Shown: positions 36,718-46,532 of the stretch, piece by piece | Numbering within the stretch: position 1 is the first letter of the stretch | Layout of the letters: each line of letters opens with the position of its first letter | Source: Rhodothermales bacterium | GTDB taxonomy: Bacteria > Bacteroidota > Rhodothermia > Rhodothermales > Bin80 | Assembly: GCA_965219915.1 (NCBI GenBank) | Contig: OZ244794.1 | Span: forward strand, 579,343-643,342 | Direction: 5' to 3' | DNA: 64,000 nt | The notes under the pieces: generated by a model | The model's database searches: none | Seen by the model: only the letters and a program-made list of their open reading frames with translations | What the model was told of the DNA's origin: nothing | Program-made: the position numbers and the translations under genes

Positions 36718-36848
36718 ACAGTTCTTGTCGGCTTTATTGTTGTGCGGGACTCAGGGCCATGAGCATTCCTGGAGACATACAGGTTGACGGTCCAACGCAA
36801 CCGCCTAAAGCCGCCTGCCTTCACGGGGATGCATCTTGATGCCTGCCC

Positions 36849-37793
36849 TTACAAATCTGCTGGACGCATTCCTGGTTTGAATTTATCTCCGAACCCGGAA
36901 TTATTCGGTTCGTAGGGGGCAGCGAACGATGCATCTGCACCTTCATCAGGAATATCATGTCCCAGAGCCCAAAGGATACCATTCAATGCTAATTTTCGCA
37001 TGGAAACATCCTTGAAATCATAGGGGTGACCCAGTGTCGTGAAGAAGACTCTCGCAGGCACTCCGCTCGTTCCTGTATATGTTTTGGTCCAGGCCACGGG
37101 ATTTGTGAGAGGAAACCGGTCCAGACGTCCCGCATTGGCATGGCCTGACTGTAGTGCTGTACCATTAAGTAGCGGTTGACTATCCCCGTACAAGGACCAT
37201 TCACCACCATGCACATGGTAGAGCCAGGAGAAAGCATCAAAGTTGGTAACCCCGTTCAGGATCGGATGCGTCTGCATGTCCTCAATAATTTCCACGTGTG
37301 TCAGAGGATTGCTGCCGTCATCGAAATGACCGTGATGCGTGATCCATTGTTGCCCGAAGACGCGCGTAGGCCAGTCGTTATTTAGGTGTTCACGTTCTTC
37401 GTCGTCCTTGTACAGAAATGCATGCGTTGTTGTACGGAATCCGGCCATTGGTTTGCCAGATTCTGCAAATTGCAGGATGTAGTGCGCCTGCGAGTCAGGC
37501 AAAGCCCGGAACCGGGTGAAAAGTACCATCATATCCGCATGCTCAAGCTGCTGCAGGCCGTCAATATTGTCCAGCACGTTGGGATCTATGTACCCTTCTT
37601 CATTCAGTGCATAGCAGACGCTGACCTTAAAGCCGTAGTCTCTTTGCAGAATCCTGGCCAACATGGGCATGGATTCTTCTGATCGATATTCTTCATCTCC
37701 GGTCACAAAGACGATATGCGGACTGGTGGGTGTCTGTGCTGCACTGGTTCCAACAAGCAGCAATCCAATTAACGCAGCAAATAGGGAGCGCAT
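36849..37793 (-). CDS. ThuA-like domain protein, secreted
   Basis: It has a signal peptide. IVFVTGDEEYRSEESMP and ADMMVLFTRF are typical of the ThuA-like proteins associated with PVC heme-binding genes. Confidence 0.65.
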   Translation of the reverse strand: MRSLFAALIGLLLVGTSAAQTPTSPHIVFVTGDEEYRSEESMPMLARILQRDYGFKVSVCYALNEEGYIDPNVLDNIDGLQQLEHADMMVLFTRFRALPDSQAHYILQFAESGKPMAGFRTTTHAFLYKDDEEREHLNNDWPTRVFGQQWITHHGHFDDGSNPLTHVEIIEDMQTHPILNGVTNFDAFSWLYHVHGGEWSLYGDSQPLLNGTALQSGHANAGRLDRFPLTNPVAWTKTYTGTSGVPARVFFTTLGHPYDFKDVSMRKLALNGILWALGHDIPDEGADASFAAPYEPNNSGFGDKFKPGMRPADL

Positions 37794-37896
37794 GATATTG
37801 AAAAATGGTTCTTGATCGTAATGTACGACGTTCGTTGGTAAGATCGGATTACATGGCTGCTTATTTTAGGGTTCATTTAGTAAACATCTTGCGATC

Positions 37897-39300
37897 ATGT
37901 ATAGACTGATTCCCGTTTTACTGCTTATAGCAGCATGTACCAGCCCCCAGGAGGGTCCGGTCAATGTCTTGGTATTTTACACGGACGATCAGCGATTCAG
38001 CACGATTGGTGCATTGGGTGATGAGGACGTGCAAACCCCCAATCTGGATGCGCTAGTGCGGCGTGGCACAGTGTTCACGCATGCACACACCATGGGTGGC
38101 CAGCACGGTGCACTTTGTGCTCCTAGCCGGTCGATGCTTATGACGGGGAGGCCCCTTTTTCGATTGCACGCCAGGGGAGACAGTATCCCGCCAAATCACA
38201 TTATGTTACCGGAGGTCCTTGCGGAAACGGGTTATATGACCTTTGGTACCGGCAAGTGGCACAATGATCGCTCATCATTCGCACGGGCGTTCCAGGCGGC
38301 GGATAATATCTTTTTCGGAGGCATGCACTGGCCCAATCAGGGAGGGCATGAAGCCCCTCATCTAAATGAGTTTGATTCTACGGGCGCGTATCCGAGATCG
38401 GCGCGACGACAGGTAGAGGGATATTCTAGTATGCTCTATGCGGATGCAGCTATTGATTTTCTGGCGGACGCACGCACGATGGATCAGCCCTTTTTTGCCT
38501 ATGTGTCCTTTACGTCACCGCATGATCCAAGAACCCCGCCCGAGCCATACGCCAGTTGGTATCATCCAGACTCAGTTTCGCTGCCACCCAATTATTTGCC
38601 GGAGCACCCATTCGATAATGGCGAATTGTATGTTCGTGATGAGAGGCTTCGTGAGCATCCGCGCACCGAAGCCATTGTACGCGAGGAGCTCGCGCTATAC
38701 TATGGGATGATCAGCGAGCTGGATGCCGAAATTGGACGAATCATGGATGCGCTTGAGGCAAACGGACAGTTGGAAAACACACTCATTGTAATGGCAGGCG
38801 ACAATGGGCTGGCGGTCGGCAGCCATGGTCTTCTTGGAAAACAGAACCTATATGAACACAGCATGCGGGTTCCGCTCATTATGGCAGGTCCCGGTGTTCC
38901 CTCAAGTGAGAGACGCAGCCAACTGGTCTATATCTTTGATATTTTCCCGACAGTTGCAGAGTACTTGGGTATTGCATCGCCCACGACAGTTGAAGGCCAG
39001 AGCCTGCGGCCCATCATAGACGACCCGCAGTTGCCGGGTCGAGGGGCAGTGTTCTACGCGTACCGTCATTTTCAACGCGGAGTACGCACGGCAGATGGTT
39101 GGAAGCATATACAATATCAGGTGGACGGGACCCACACTGAGCAGCTTTTCAACCTCAATACGGATCCACATGAAACGCAAAACCTGGCCACAGATTCCAC
39201 ATACGCAGCGCAACTTCATGAGCTGCGTGAGCTGCTTACTACGGAAAGTGTGTACTGGTCGGACCCACTGGACCTGACGGCCCCCAATTGGGGACGTTAA
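37897..39300 (+). CDS. Sulfatase
   Basis: NVLVFYTDDQ plus CAPSRSMLMTGR, and a lipoprotein-like N-terminus (LLIAAC). Confidence 0.9.
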   Translation: MYRLIPVLLLIAACTSPQEGPVNVLVFYTDDQRFSTIGALGDEDVQTPNLDALVRRGTVFTHAHTMGGQHGALCAPSRSMLMTGRPLFRLHARGDSIPPNHIMLPEVLAETGYMTFGTGKWHNDRSSFARAFQAADNIFFGGMHWPNQGGHEAPHLNEFDSTGAYPRSARRQVEGYSSMLYADAAIDFLADARTMDQPFFAYVSFTSPHDPRTPPEPYASWYHPDSVSLPPNYLPEHPFDNGELYVRDERLREHPRTEAIVREELALYYGMISELDAEIGRIMDALEANGQLENTLIVMAGDNGLAVGSHGLLGKQNLYEHSMRVPLIMAGPGVPSSERRSQLVYIFDIFPTVAEYLGIASPTTVEGQSLRPIIDDPQLPGRGAVFYAYRHFQRGVRTADGWKHIQYQVDGTHTEQLFNLNTDPHETQNLATDSTYAAQLHELRELLTTESVYWSDPLDLTAPNWGR

Positions 39301-41684
39301 GGTCGGATATGCGTCTCAAAAAGCTTAAGGATTCGACGGTACTCATCTGTCCAGCTGGAGGGTTCCTGGAAACCATGCCCCTCGACAGGGTAGAGGGCGA
39401 TCTCCCAATCCTCTTTGCCAAGTTCGATCAGACGTTGACCGAGCCGGACAATATCCTGAAATTGCACATTCAGGTCCACCATCCCGTGTGGCATTAGCAG
39501 TGGATCCTCCAGCCCTTCCGCAAAATTGATGGGCGAACTGCGGGCGAAGGACAGGGAGTCAGTCGCAGGTGTATTCAGAATATTGGAGGTGTACGTGTGA
39601 TTATAGTGTGCCCAGTCCGTAACGCTTCTCAGGGCTGCGCCGGCGCCGAAGTATTCGGGAGCGGTAAAGAGTGCCATGAGGGTGATAAAGCCGCCGTATG
39701 AGCCGCCATAAATCCCGATTTGATCGGGACCAATGCCATAGGTCTCTGTGATGTAACGGGATGCATCTACATAGTCCTGCAAATCACGGCCACCCATGTG
39801 ACGGTAGATCGCCGTGCGCCAGTCGCGGCCGTATCCTGCAGACGCGCGGTAGTCAAGTTGCATGACCACGTAGCCCAGGTCCGTCAGGAGGTTGTGAAAC
39901 ATGTATTCCCGATAGTAGCTGGACCATCCGTCATGGACATTCTGCATATAGCCCGCTCCATGTACGAAGAGCACCGCGGCACCATTGGGTTCCGCGGGTT
40001 CAAAGACATGCGCGGGCACCATGGCACCGTCTGAGGCCTCAAACCGGCGGGTCTCTGGTGTGCGCCACGGATAATCAAGCCATGTTTCTGTTGGTGAATG
40101 TGTTACTCGTGTGGCTTCTTCCATTGGGACCTGTACAAACACCTCGGGTGGGCGTGTAGAGGTTGAATTCAGGACACCAAGCATGTCCCCGTCGGGGCCG
40201 ATGACCGCCGCATTACGGCCGGCGAGCGTTGTGAGCTGCTCACGCGCTCCCCCCGTCACAGACATTTGATAGAAGTGGCGCACGGAAGATGAACCTTCAC
40301 TGCTGGTGAAGAACCATGTACGCCCGTCACGGGAAAGTACAGGACTAAATACCTCAAATGGACCGTCGGTCAGCTGAGCAATGTTGCCGGTTTCAACGTC
40401 AACTGTATACAGGTGACTATAGCCACTTGCTTCGCTCTGGAAATAAAAATGTCGATTATCCGGTAGCCATCCACCGGTACTACCACCCCCGAACCAGGAA
40501 ATGCCGGGCCCGGCGATCCATGCTTCATCATGCTGACGGTCCAGGAGGTCTAGTGCGCCTGTGGCTGGATCAAGGCGCGCCAGCCACCGATCCTTGTTAT
40601 CGTCTGCCCGAACTTCCAAGACGGCGTGTTTGCCATCACCGCTCCAGAATGGACCGTAGCTAAACAGTACACGCTTGGACTCGGATGAATCTATCGCTAC
40701 TCCTTCCTCACGCAAAAATTCCGGCACATCGTAAGCGCCTTCCAGTTGGTGCAGGTCAATCTGGTAGGTGGTGTCTCGTTCCAGGTCCTGAATGTAGAGT
40801 GCACGGTTTTGTGGCGTGGCCCCGACCTTGGCCCGGGCCGTAAGCATTTCTGCGTAACCGCTCTCGGTGACCCAGTCTATTGCCCGGGTACGCTTGTTTT
40901 GCGCGGGGGAGGAAGAGGTAACGAAGGATACGTAACGCTCAGTGGGATCAAGACTAAGTTGCGAAATGGATCGTGATCCCACGTACCATGTCGGGGGTGT
41001 TTCCAGGGCCTGTTGGTCCCGTTCGCGGGCAGATTCGCGTAGTTCATCCTCTTCCTGTTCCTGACGAATGATCTCGAAGAGTTCGGACTGTTGGGCCTCG
41101 AGAAAAGCATTCTGATCATCAGACTCTGAATCGCTTGGTGCCTGCCCGCTTCTGAGATCGGTGAGCTCCACCAGTGCGCCCGAGTCAAGAAAAAGCTTGT
41201 AGAGGTTATTGTCTCGCACGAAAATGACCGCATCTCCCGCAAGCGCAAACCTTGGCGATCCTTCAAATTCACGAGTTTGCGTCAAACGTGTTTGTGAATT
41301 GGTGCCGCGGTCAAAAAGGTATAGATCTCCTCCGCGACTGTATACCTTACGTGAGAAATCGGCGTCATAAACGTGTTCGTCGTGCTGCCAGCCCGTGAAC
41401 GCAGGTCCCGGATTGAGCCGTTCATCCCTGGACACCTTTCGAGGAGTCAGGTCATCGCGCGTGATTTTGAAGAGAGAATCACTCTCGAAAGCCCCCATCG
41501 GATTCCAGTTAAAGTAGAGCGTTTGCCCGTCCTCGCTCCAGTATGGCATAGATGGCCAGTCCCCGATGTATGTAGCGGGATCCTGCATAATGGTAGCAAC
41601 AGAAAGTTCTGACTCCTGCGCAGACGCAGGGAATGCAAGCAGAAGGATCAGAAATGATGTAGTGATTGGTCTGGAGGAGTGCAT
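39297..41684 (-). CDS. S9 family serine peptidase (prolyl oligopeptidase/DPP-like), secreted
   Basis: It has a signal peptide and an N-terminal beta-propeller region. IYGGSYGGF is the nucleophile elbow, with C-terminal D and H contexts (HGMVDLNV, EGHGF). Confidence 0.9.
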   Translation of the reverse strand: MHSSRPITTSFLILLLAFPASAQESELSVATIMQDPATYIGDWPSMPYWSEDGQTLYFNWNPMGAFESDSLFKITRDDLTPRKVSRDERLNPGPAFTGWQHDEHVYDADFSRKVYSRGGDLYLFDRGTNSQTRLTQTREFEGSPRFALAGDAVIFVRDNNLYKLFLDSGALVELTDLRSGQAPSDSESDDQNAFLEAQQSELFEIIRQEQEEDELRESARERDQQALETPPTWYVGSRSISQLSLDPTERYVSFVTSSSPAQNKRTRAIDWVTESGYAEMLTARAKVGATPQNRALYIQDLERDTTYQIDLHQLEGAYDVPEFLREEGVAIDSSESKRVLFSYGPFWSGDGKHAVLEVRADDNKDRWLARLDPATGALDLLDRQHDEAWIAGPGISWFGGGSTGGWLPDNRHFYFQSEASGYSHLYTVDVETGNIAQLTDGPFEVFSPVLSRDGRTWFFTSSEGSSSVRHFYQMSVTGGAREQLTTLAGRNAAVIGPDGDMLGVLNSTSTRPPEVFVQVPMEEATRVTHSPTETWLDYPWRTPETRRFEASDGAMVPAHVFEPAEPNGAAVLFVHGAGYMQNVHDGWSSYYREYMFHNLLTDLGYVVMQLDYRASAGYGRDWRTAIYRHMGGRDLQDYVDASRYITETYGIGPDQIGIYGGSYGGFITLMALFTAPEYFGAGAALRSVTDWAHYNHTYTSNILNTPATDSLSFARSSPINFAEGLEDPLLMPHGMVDLNVQFQDIVRLGQRLIELGKEDWEIALYPVEGHGFQEPSSWTDEYRRILKLFETHIRP

Positions 41685-41685
41685 G

Positions 41686-44600
41686 TTATAGGTCTAGTTC
41701 TAGGATGTCCAAAGCACAGAGTGCGTTTACCAGGCGGATTTGGTATGTAGTTTTGCAGCTTGATGCCAGCAGACGCGGGGAAGCAAAGGCCAGGCTTAAG
41801 GCTTTAGCACGGCTTAGTGCTACATTGATGCGCTCTCGGGACAGCAAAAAATCCATGCCCCTAGGCGTGTCCTCGGCTGAGGTTGAGGTCATTGATACCA
41901 GAGCTATGGCCGCTTCCTGACCTTGGAACTTGTCTACAGTGCCAACTCTGATACTGTCTGGTAGCATAGTCTGCAGCATATTCACCTGGGCATTGAACGG
42001 GGCCACGACAATGATATCCTTTGGACTAATGGAGAGGGTTTTTCCTTGGCGATCTGTCCATTTGCCTTCGAGCAGACGGTTGATGACGGACTGCATAGCG
42101 AGACCCTCCTCTTCGCATTGCTGCATTCGGGGTTCCCGGTGTGTGACCGGCACAAGATAAGCCCCCGTCTCCGGGAGACCAGAAGCATGAATGGCCTGAC
42201 GTGAGATAGCTCGGTTTGCACGGAGACGACCCTCGTAGAATTGCACGGAAATATACTTGCACAGCTTTGGATGCATGCGCCAGGTTTCACCCAGGAAGAT
42301 GCCTCGACCAGGCTTTACAAGGCGGTCGTTTCCAAGCATCCACTCCAAGCAGGAAAGGTTGGCCGGATCTGGATGACTGGCCTGAATAACCTGGGGAAGT
42401 TGGCAAGGATCGCCGATCATGACAACGTTGTTTGCGCATGAGGTCATACCTAACAGGTTGGCGAGAGATACCTGGCCTGCCTCATCGACAAACAGATAGT
42501 CGAATTCATTGGCCATCTCCGGGCGACACAGGAGCCATGCGGTTCCCCCCACGATATCCGCACTAGAGAGTGCGCTATCGTTGTTTTTTTCCACTGATAT
42601 GATGTTGGGGTGCACGCGTTTAATGGTTGTACGGGAGGATACCTTGTGCACGATAGCTGGGATTCGGGGGGGCTTGGCAGCTTCAGCACACCCGATAAGC
42701 ACATTGCGAATCGCTTCGTGACTATTAGACGACACGGCAACCCGGTACCCCTGGCGAACCAGAGATAGAATTGCCCGGGCTGACACGAAAGTTTTGCCCG
42801 TACCAGGAGGTCCCTGGACCATCAGTACAGTGGACTGCATCCCGCTGACGGCCTGCTCCATTTGGGTCACGGATGAACGTTCGTCATCGTTCAGGACAGA
42901 CAGGTCGGACAAATTTGGTGCATTACGCTCAAGGAGGTCTTGAACAGCAGGGGGTGCTTTTCCATCGCAGATGTCTTTAACCAGCCGATGAATGGCGGCC
43001 TCGATAACAGCAGTGGAAATGGGCATACCCGGAAGCAGATCCAAAGCATCGAGGAGAAATTCGGCCGACGTTTCACCAATCCTTAATTTTATGCGGCGTG
43101 TCTTTGGGTCAAGTTCCGGGATGCGGACTGATTTAATATTTTCAATGTCCAACGCAACGCAGCCATCCTTTTCAGCAGCAATCTTCGTGAACTGTTGAGG
43201 ATAGGCGTATGCGCGCTCAACTGATTTCTTAACAGGGTATGGTGCTCCGACAGCGGTTAGGCTAGCCAGACAATTGTTGTCTTCAATCAGTTCTTCGGTA
43301 GACTTCTTGGCGGCATCGAACACCGACCAGGCCTGGGGTTTCTTTTCGCGGTAATGAAAGAGCCCCAGGGCAATCAGTGTTTTTTTCAGTTTGGTGGATA
43401 CTGAGGAAGTAAATACACGGTCTTTGAAGTTCTCGTTGACTTGCTCCCGTTCGATAGCTCCTTGAGTTTGCGCGCTACCCAGCTGCGCAGGTACCGACTC
43501 AATCAGATCGGTACGCAGGGAGAGCAGCCAGTCACGGAGTTTTTCCGTGGACTCGCAATCAATCCGGTTGTAGTCCTCCAGCTCCTTGAGGTCCTCGTCT
43601 GCAGTTGGATCTCCCGCATCCCGTTTGACTCTCCAGTTGTTATAAGCAATGATTGATCCAGTTGCGGTCGTAACATCACCTGTTCGGCTTTCCATGTAGA
43701 AGGCCTCCAGGCTTTTGAGCGAGTAATTTTTTTCGGATGTAAAGATGCCGCCGCGCACAACAGCGTAGAGATCAACAAACCTTTTTTCGCGCTGCCAACC
43801 GTCCAGCGTGTCTTCTCCGAAGCTATACTTGGTGGTCAGACGGCGGAGGGCGGTGAGTTCGTACGGAGCATAATGGTATATGCGTGCACTTGGAAATTGC
43901 TTTATTTGTTGTTGAAAAAATCTAAAGAGATCCTTGAGTGCCTGTTCCTCCTCTGAATGATTGTGGGCCCAGAGCGCTTTGAATCTCTGTCGATACCAGA
44001 TGCCGTGAAGGTATTCCAGTTTTTCTTCTCCGTTTTCGCGGTAATGAGGGTTGCCTTCTATGTCATAGAAGAGGTCACCCCGGTCTGGGGCGGGGAGCAG
44101 GTCAAATCCTTTCCCCTTTTCGTGCGGCCGAAGGGCTGTAGTTGGTGCACCTCCCTGCTCTCGTGCCACTTGAAGCTGGGCTTGAGTACGCAGGTTCTGG
44201 AGTGTCTTTGGAGCCATCTTAGCTACTTTGTCCCCCTCCTTGAGGGCCGCTAGGGAGGCCATGGATTTTATACCTGCATTCTCGAGACGCACTACCTGTT
44301 GCCCCCGGATGCCCGCGACCATATACAGGCTATCTTCGTCTATCCACTGATCGTTACAACGTGTGCGCCAGTGACAAAAGCTGCATTCTGAGCAGCGTCT
44401 TGGACGTGTGTCTTCAGGGTGCGTTACAAACTGTACGAGGCGGTCTCGCAGTTGGCGCACATAGTCTGCACACTCCGCCAGCCTATGTGTTGACCGGTCT
44501 CCTCGCCCAAGTTGGAGGTGTCCGTACTCGGGTTTTTTCCCCTGAATTTCAGCCAGGAGGTCTGAATAAACGACTAGCTGCAGTATATGCTTGGGGTCCG

Positions 44601-45012
44601 GAGTACGTTTGAGCTTCGTGTCAACGACTTCATAGGAGAAAGCCCCCAACGCAGAAGGTTCTTCAATGCGTTCCAAAAAATCTACATAGCCCTGCCAGTT
44701 CCCACCCTTGAGTGCGCCCTGGTAAACAACGTCAACGCCACTCCTGAGTGCTGCAATCGTTTGCTCAACAGCATCGGGGCCGCGTTTGATGGAAACCACG
44801 TGCTTGCCTGCATTCAGGAGAGCATTCAGGTATGCCTGCTCATGTTCATTCCCCAGTTGACTGAGCAGCTTTGCGTCTTCCGAGTCAGGTTCAGGTTTCA
44901 GGTCTTCACCATGCGCTTTTCTTAGATCAAGGTGCGTGGCATGTTTGCATGCTGAAAACCGTTGTAGGTCTGATGCGTAGAGGCGGGGCGTCCCGTCTTG
45001 ACCGAGTTTCAT
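41686..45012 (-). CDS. Fusion protein: TM0106-type RecB/Cas4-like nuclease + RNase H-like domain + SF1 (Upf1/DNA2-like, AAA_11/AAA_12) helicase
   Basis: N-terminal YEVVDTKL and QLVVY (D-ExK-like) plus the Cys cluster CSECSFCHWRTRC. Mid-region FYDIEGNP and IYHYAPYE (RNase H-like). Helicase motifs GPPGTGKT, LFVDEAGQ, IGDPCQLPQV, VGTVDKFQGQE and INVALSRAK. Confidence 0.85.
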   Translation of the reverse strand: MKLGQDGTPRLYASDLQRFSACKHATHLDLRKAHGEDLKPEPDSEDAKLLSQLGNEHEQAYLNALLNAGKHVVSIKRGPDAVEQTIAALRSGVDVVYQGALKGGNWQGYVDFLERIEEPSALGAFSYEVVDTKLKRTPDPKHILQLVVYSDLLAEIQGKKPEYGHLQLGRGDRSTHRLAECADYVRQLRDRLVQFVTHPEDTRPRRCSECSFCHWRTRCNDQWIDEDSLYMVAGIRGQQVVRLENAGIKSMASLAALKEGDKVAKMAPKTLQNLRTQAQLQVAREQGGAPTTALRPHEKGKGFDLLPAPDRGDLFYDIEGNPHYRENGEEKLEYLHGIWYRQRFKALWAHNHSEEEQALKDLFRFFQQQIKQFPSARIYHYAPYELTALRRLTTKYSFGEDTLDGWQREKRFVDLYAVVRGGIFTSEKNYSLKSLEAFYMESRTGDVTTATGSIIAYNNWRVKRDAGDPTADEDLKELEDYNRIDCESTEKLRDWLLSLRTDLIESVPAQLGSAQTQGAIEREQVNENFKDRVFTSSVSTKLKKTLIALGLFHYREKKPQAWSVFDAAKKSTEELIEDNNCLASLTAVGAPYPVKKSVERAYAYPQQFTKIAAEKDGCVALDIENIKSVRIPELDPKTRRIKLRIGETSAEFLLDALDLLPGMPISTAVIEAAIHRLVKDICDGKAPPAVQDLLERNAPNLSDLSVLNDDERSSVTQMEQAVSGMQSTVLMVQGPPGTGKTFVSARAILSLVRQGYRVAVSSNSHEAIRNVLIGCAEAAKPPRIPAIVHKVSSRTTIKRVHPNIISVEKNNDSALSSADIVGGTAWLLCRPEMANEFDYLFVDEAGQVSLANLLGMTSCANNVVMIGDPCQLPQVIQASHPDPANLSCLEWMLGNDRLVKPGRGIFLGETWRMHPKLCKYISVQFYEGRLRANRAISRQAIHASGLPETGAYLVPVTHREPRMQQCEEEGLAMQSVINRLLEGKWTDRQGKTLSISPKDIIVVAPFNAQVNMLQTMLPDSIRVGTVDKFQGQEAAIALVSMTSTSAEDTPRGMDFLLSRERINVALSRAKALSLAFASPRLLASSCKTTYQIRLVNALCALDILELDL

Positions 45013-45095
45013 AGGAACACTTTGTCGTCGTAGTACAAAGTTAGTGCCAATAGCTTAATTTGATGCACGAATCAATCAAATAATTTCTAGTTGTC

Positions 45096-46232
45096 ATGCG
45101 CAAGGCATTCTTGCTAGCTTCCGCAGTTTTGCTGTTCGTTGCGGCCTATATCTATTGGCCGGATGATCTTCCATTGGATAAAATTCGTCTTCCAGACGGA
45201 TTCACGATTGAGGTATACGCCGACAGTGTGCCGGATGCGAGACAAATGGCATTGTCGCCGAGCGGCGTATTGTATGTTGGCTCGCGCAGAGACGGGACGG
45301 TACATGCAGTCGTAGATTCGGACGGTGACATGAAAGGGGATGAGGTTCTCGTGATTGCTGAGGATCTGGTGATGCCATCGGGGCTAGCGTATCGGGAAGG
45401 GGCGCTTTATGTTGCGGCGGTCAGTCGCATTCTCAGATATGATGATATTGATTCACGTTTACAGGATCCTCCCGAGCCGGTCGTCATTGTGGATGACTTG
45501 CCAACGGAGCGGCATCACGGATGGAAGTTTATTGATTTCGGTCCAGATGGAAAGCTCTATGTTCCGGTAGGAGCCCCTTGTAATGTTTGTGAGCGTCCAG
45601 ATCCATTTGCCACGGTCCTGCGCATGAACGCGGACGGGACGGAACGAGAGGTTTATGCACGGGGCATTCGAAACTCAGTTGGCTTCGCCTGGCATCCGAC
45701 GACTGGGGAATTGTGGATTACGGATAATGGCAGCGATAACATAAGCGAGGATCCTGCCATAACGGATGATTTGCCATCATGTGAGTTGAATCATGCTCCA
45801 GAACCGGGTATGCACTTTGGGTATCCCTATTATCACCAGGGTGATACACCGGATCCCGAATTTGGAGAAGGCCGTACAGCCGATGAGTTTACCCCACCAG
45901 CGATCTTGCTGGGCCCACACGTGGCTCCCTTGGGGATTGATTTTTACACGGGGACGATGTTTCCGGAGTCATATAAGAATCAGGCATTCATTGCGGAGCA
46001 TGGCTCGTGGAACCGCAGGGAAAAGATTGGTTATCGGGTTAAGCTAGTCCATTTTGACGAGGACGGATTGGCTACAGGTCAGGAGGTATTTGCAGAAGGT
46101 TGGCTGGAAGGAGATACCAACTGGGGGCGTCCGGTTGATGTCGAAACACTTCCAGACGGCTCCATTTTGATCAGTGATGATCAGGCCAATGCCATTTACC
46201 GGGTCACGTATTCCGAAGAGGAAGAGGAATAA
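45096..46232 (+). CDS. PQQ-dependent sugar dehydrogenase (sorbosone dehydrogenase/GSDH family)
   Basis: HHGWKFIDFGPDGKLYV, GIRNSVGFAWHP, ELWITDNG and GPHVAPLGIDFY. Confidence 0.85.
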   Translation: MRKAFLLASAVLLFVAAYIYWPDDLPLDKIRLPDGFTIEVYADSVPDARQMALSPSGVLYVGSRRDGTVHAVVDSDGDMKGDEVLVIAEDLVMPSGLAYREGALYVAAVSRILRYDDIDSRLQDPPEPVVIVDDLPTERHHGWKFIDFGPDGKLYVPVGAPCNVCERPDPFATVLRMNADGTEREVYARGIRNSVGFAWHPTTGELWITDNGSDNISEDPAITDDLPSCELNHAPEPGMHFGYPYYHQGDTPDPEFGEGRTADEFTPPAILLGPHVAPLGIDFYTGTMFPESYKNQAFIAEHGSWNRREKIGYRVKLVHFDEDGLATGQEVFAEGWLEGDTNWGRPVDVETLPDGSILISDDQANAIYRVTYSEEEEE

Positions 46233-46532
46233 GAGGAATCCGTTCAACACGTGCATCCTTCCAGCTCGTCGGGTATGTGGATCCGATTCGGCGGAAAAAC
46301 CAAGGGCCGCAGAAACCCTAGCCTGAGCCAGTGGCGTGCCGGACCAAGTCCACCGACCTGATTGTAGATGCATCAGTCCCGAGTGCACACAGGCGGGGAG
46401 TAACTTCTGGATGCACACGCCCATTGAATTGGACAGACAAGTTCATTGTTATCCAATTTAGATTTTGGATTCTGCGTAGCTTCTGGTGCAGCCAGTCTCC
46501 TGGAGGATTTCATGCGTGCGGACTGGTTGTCG

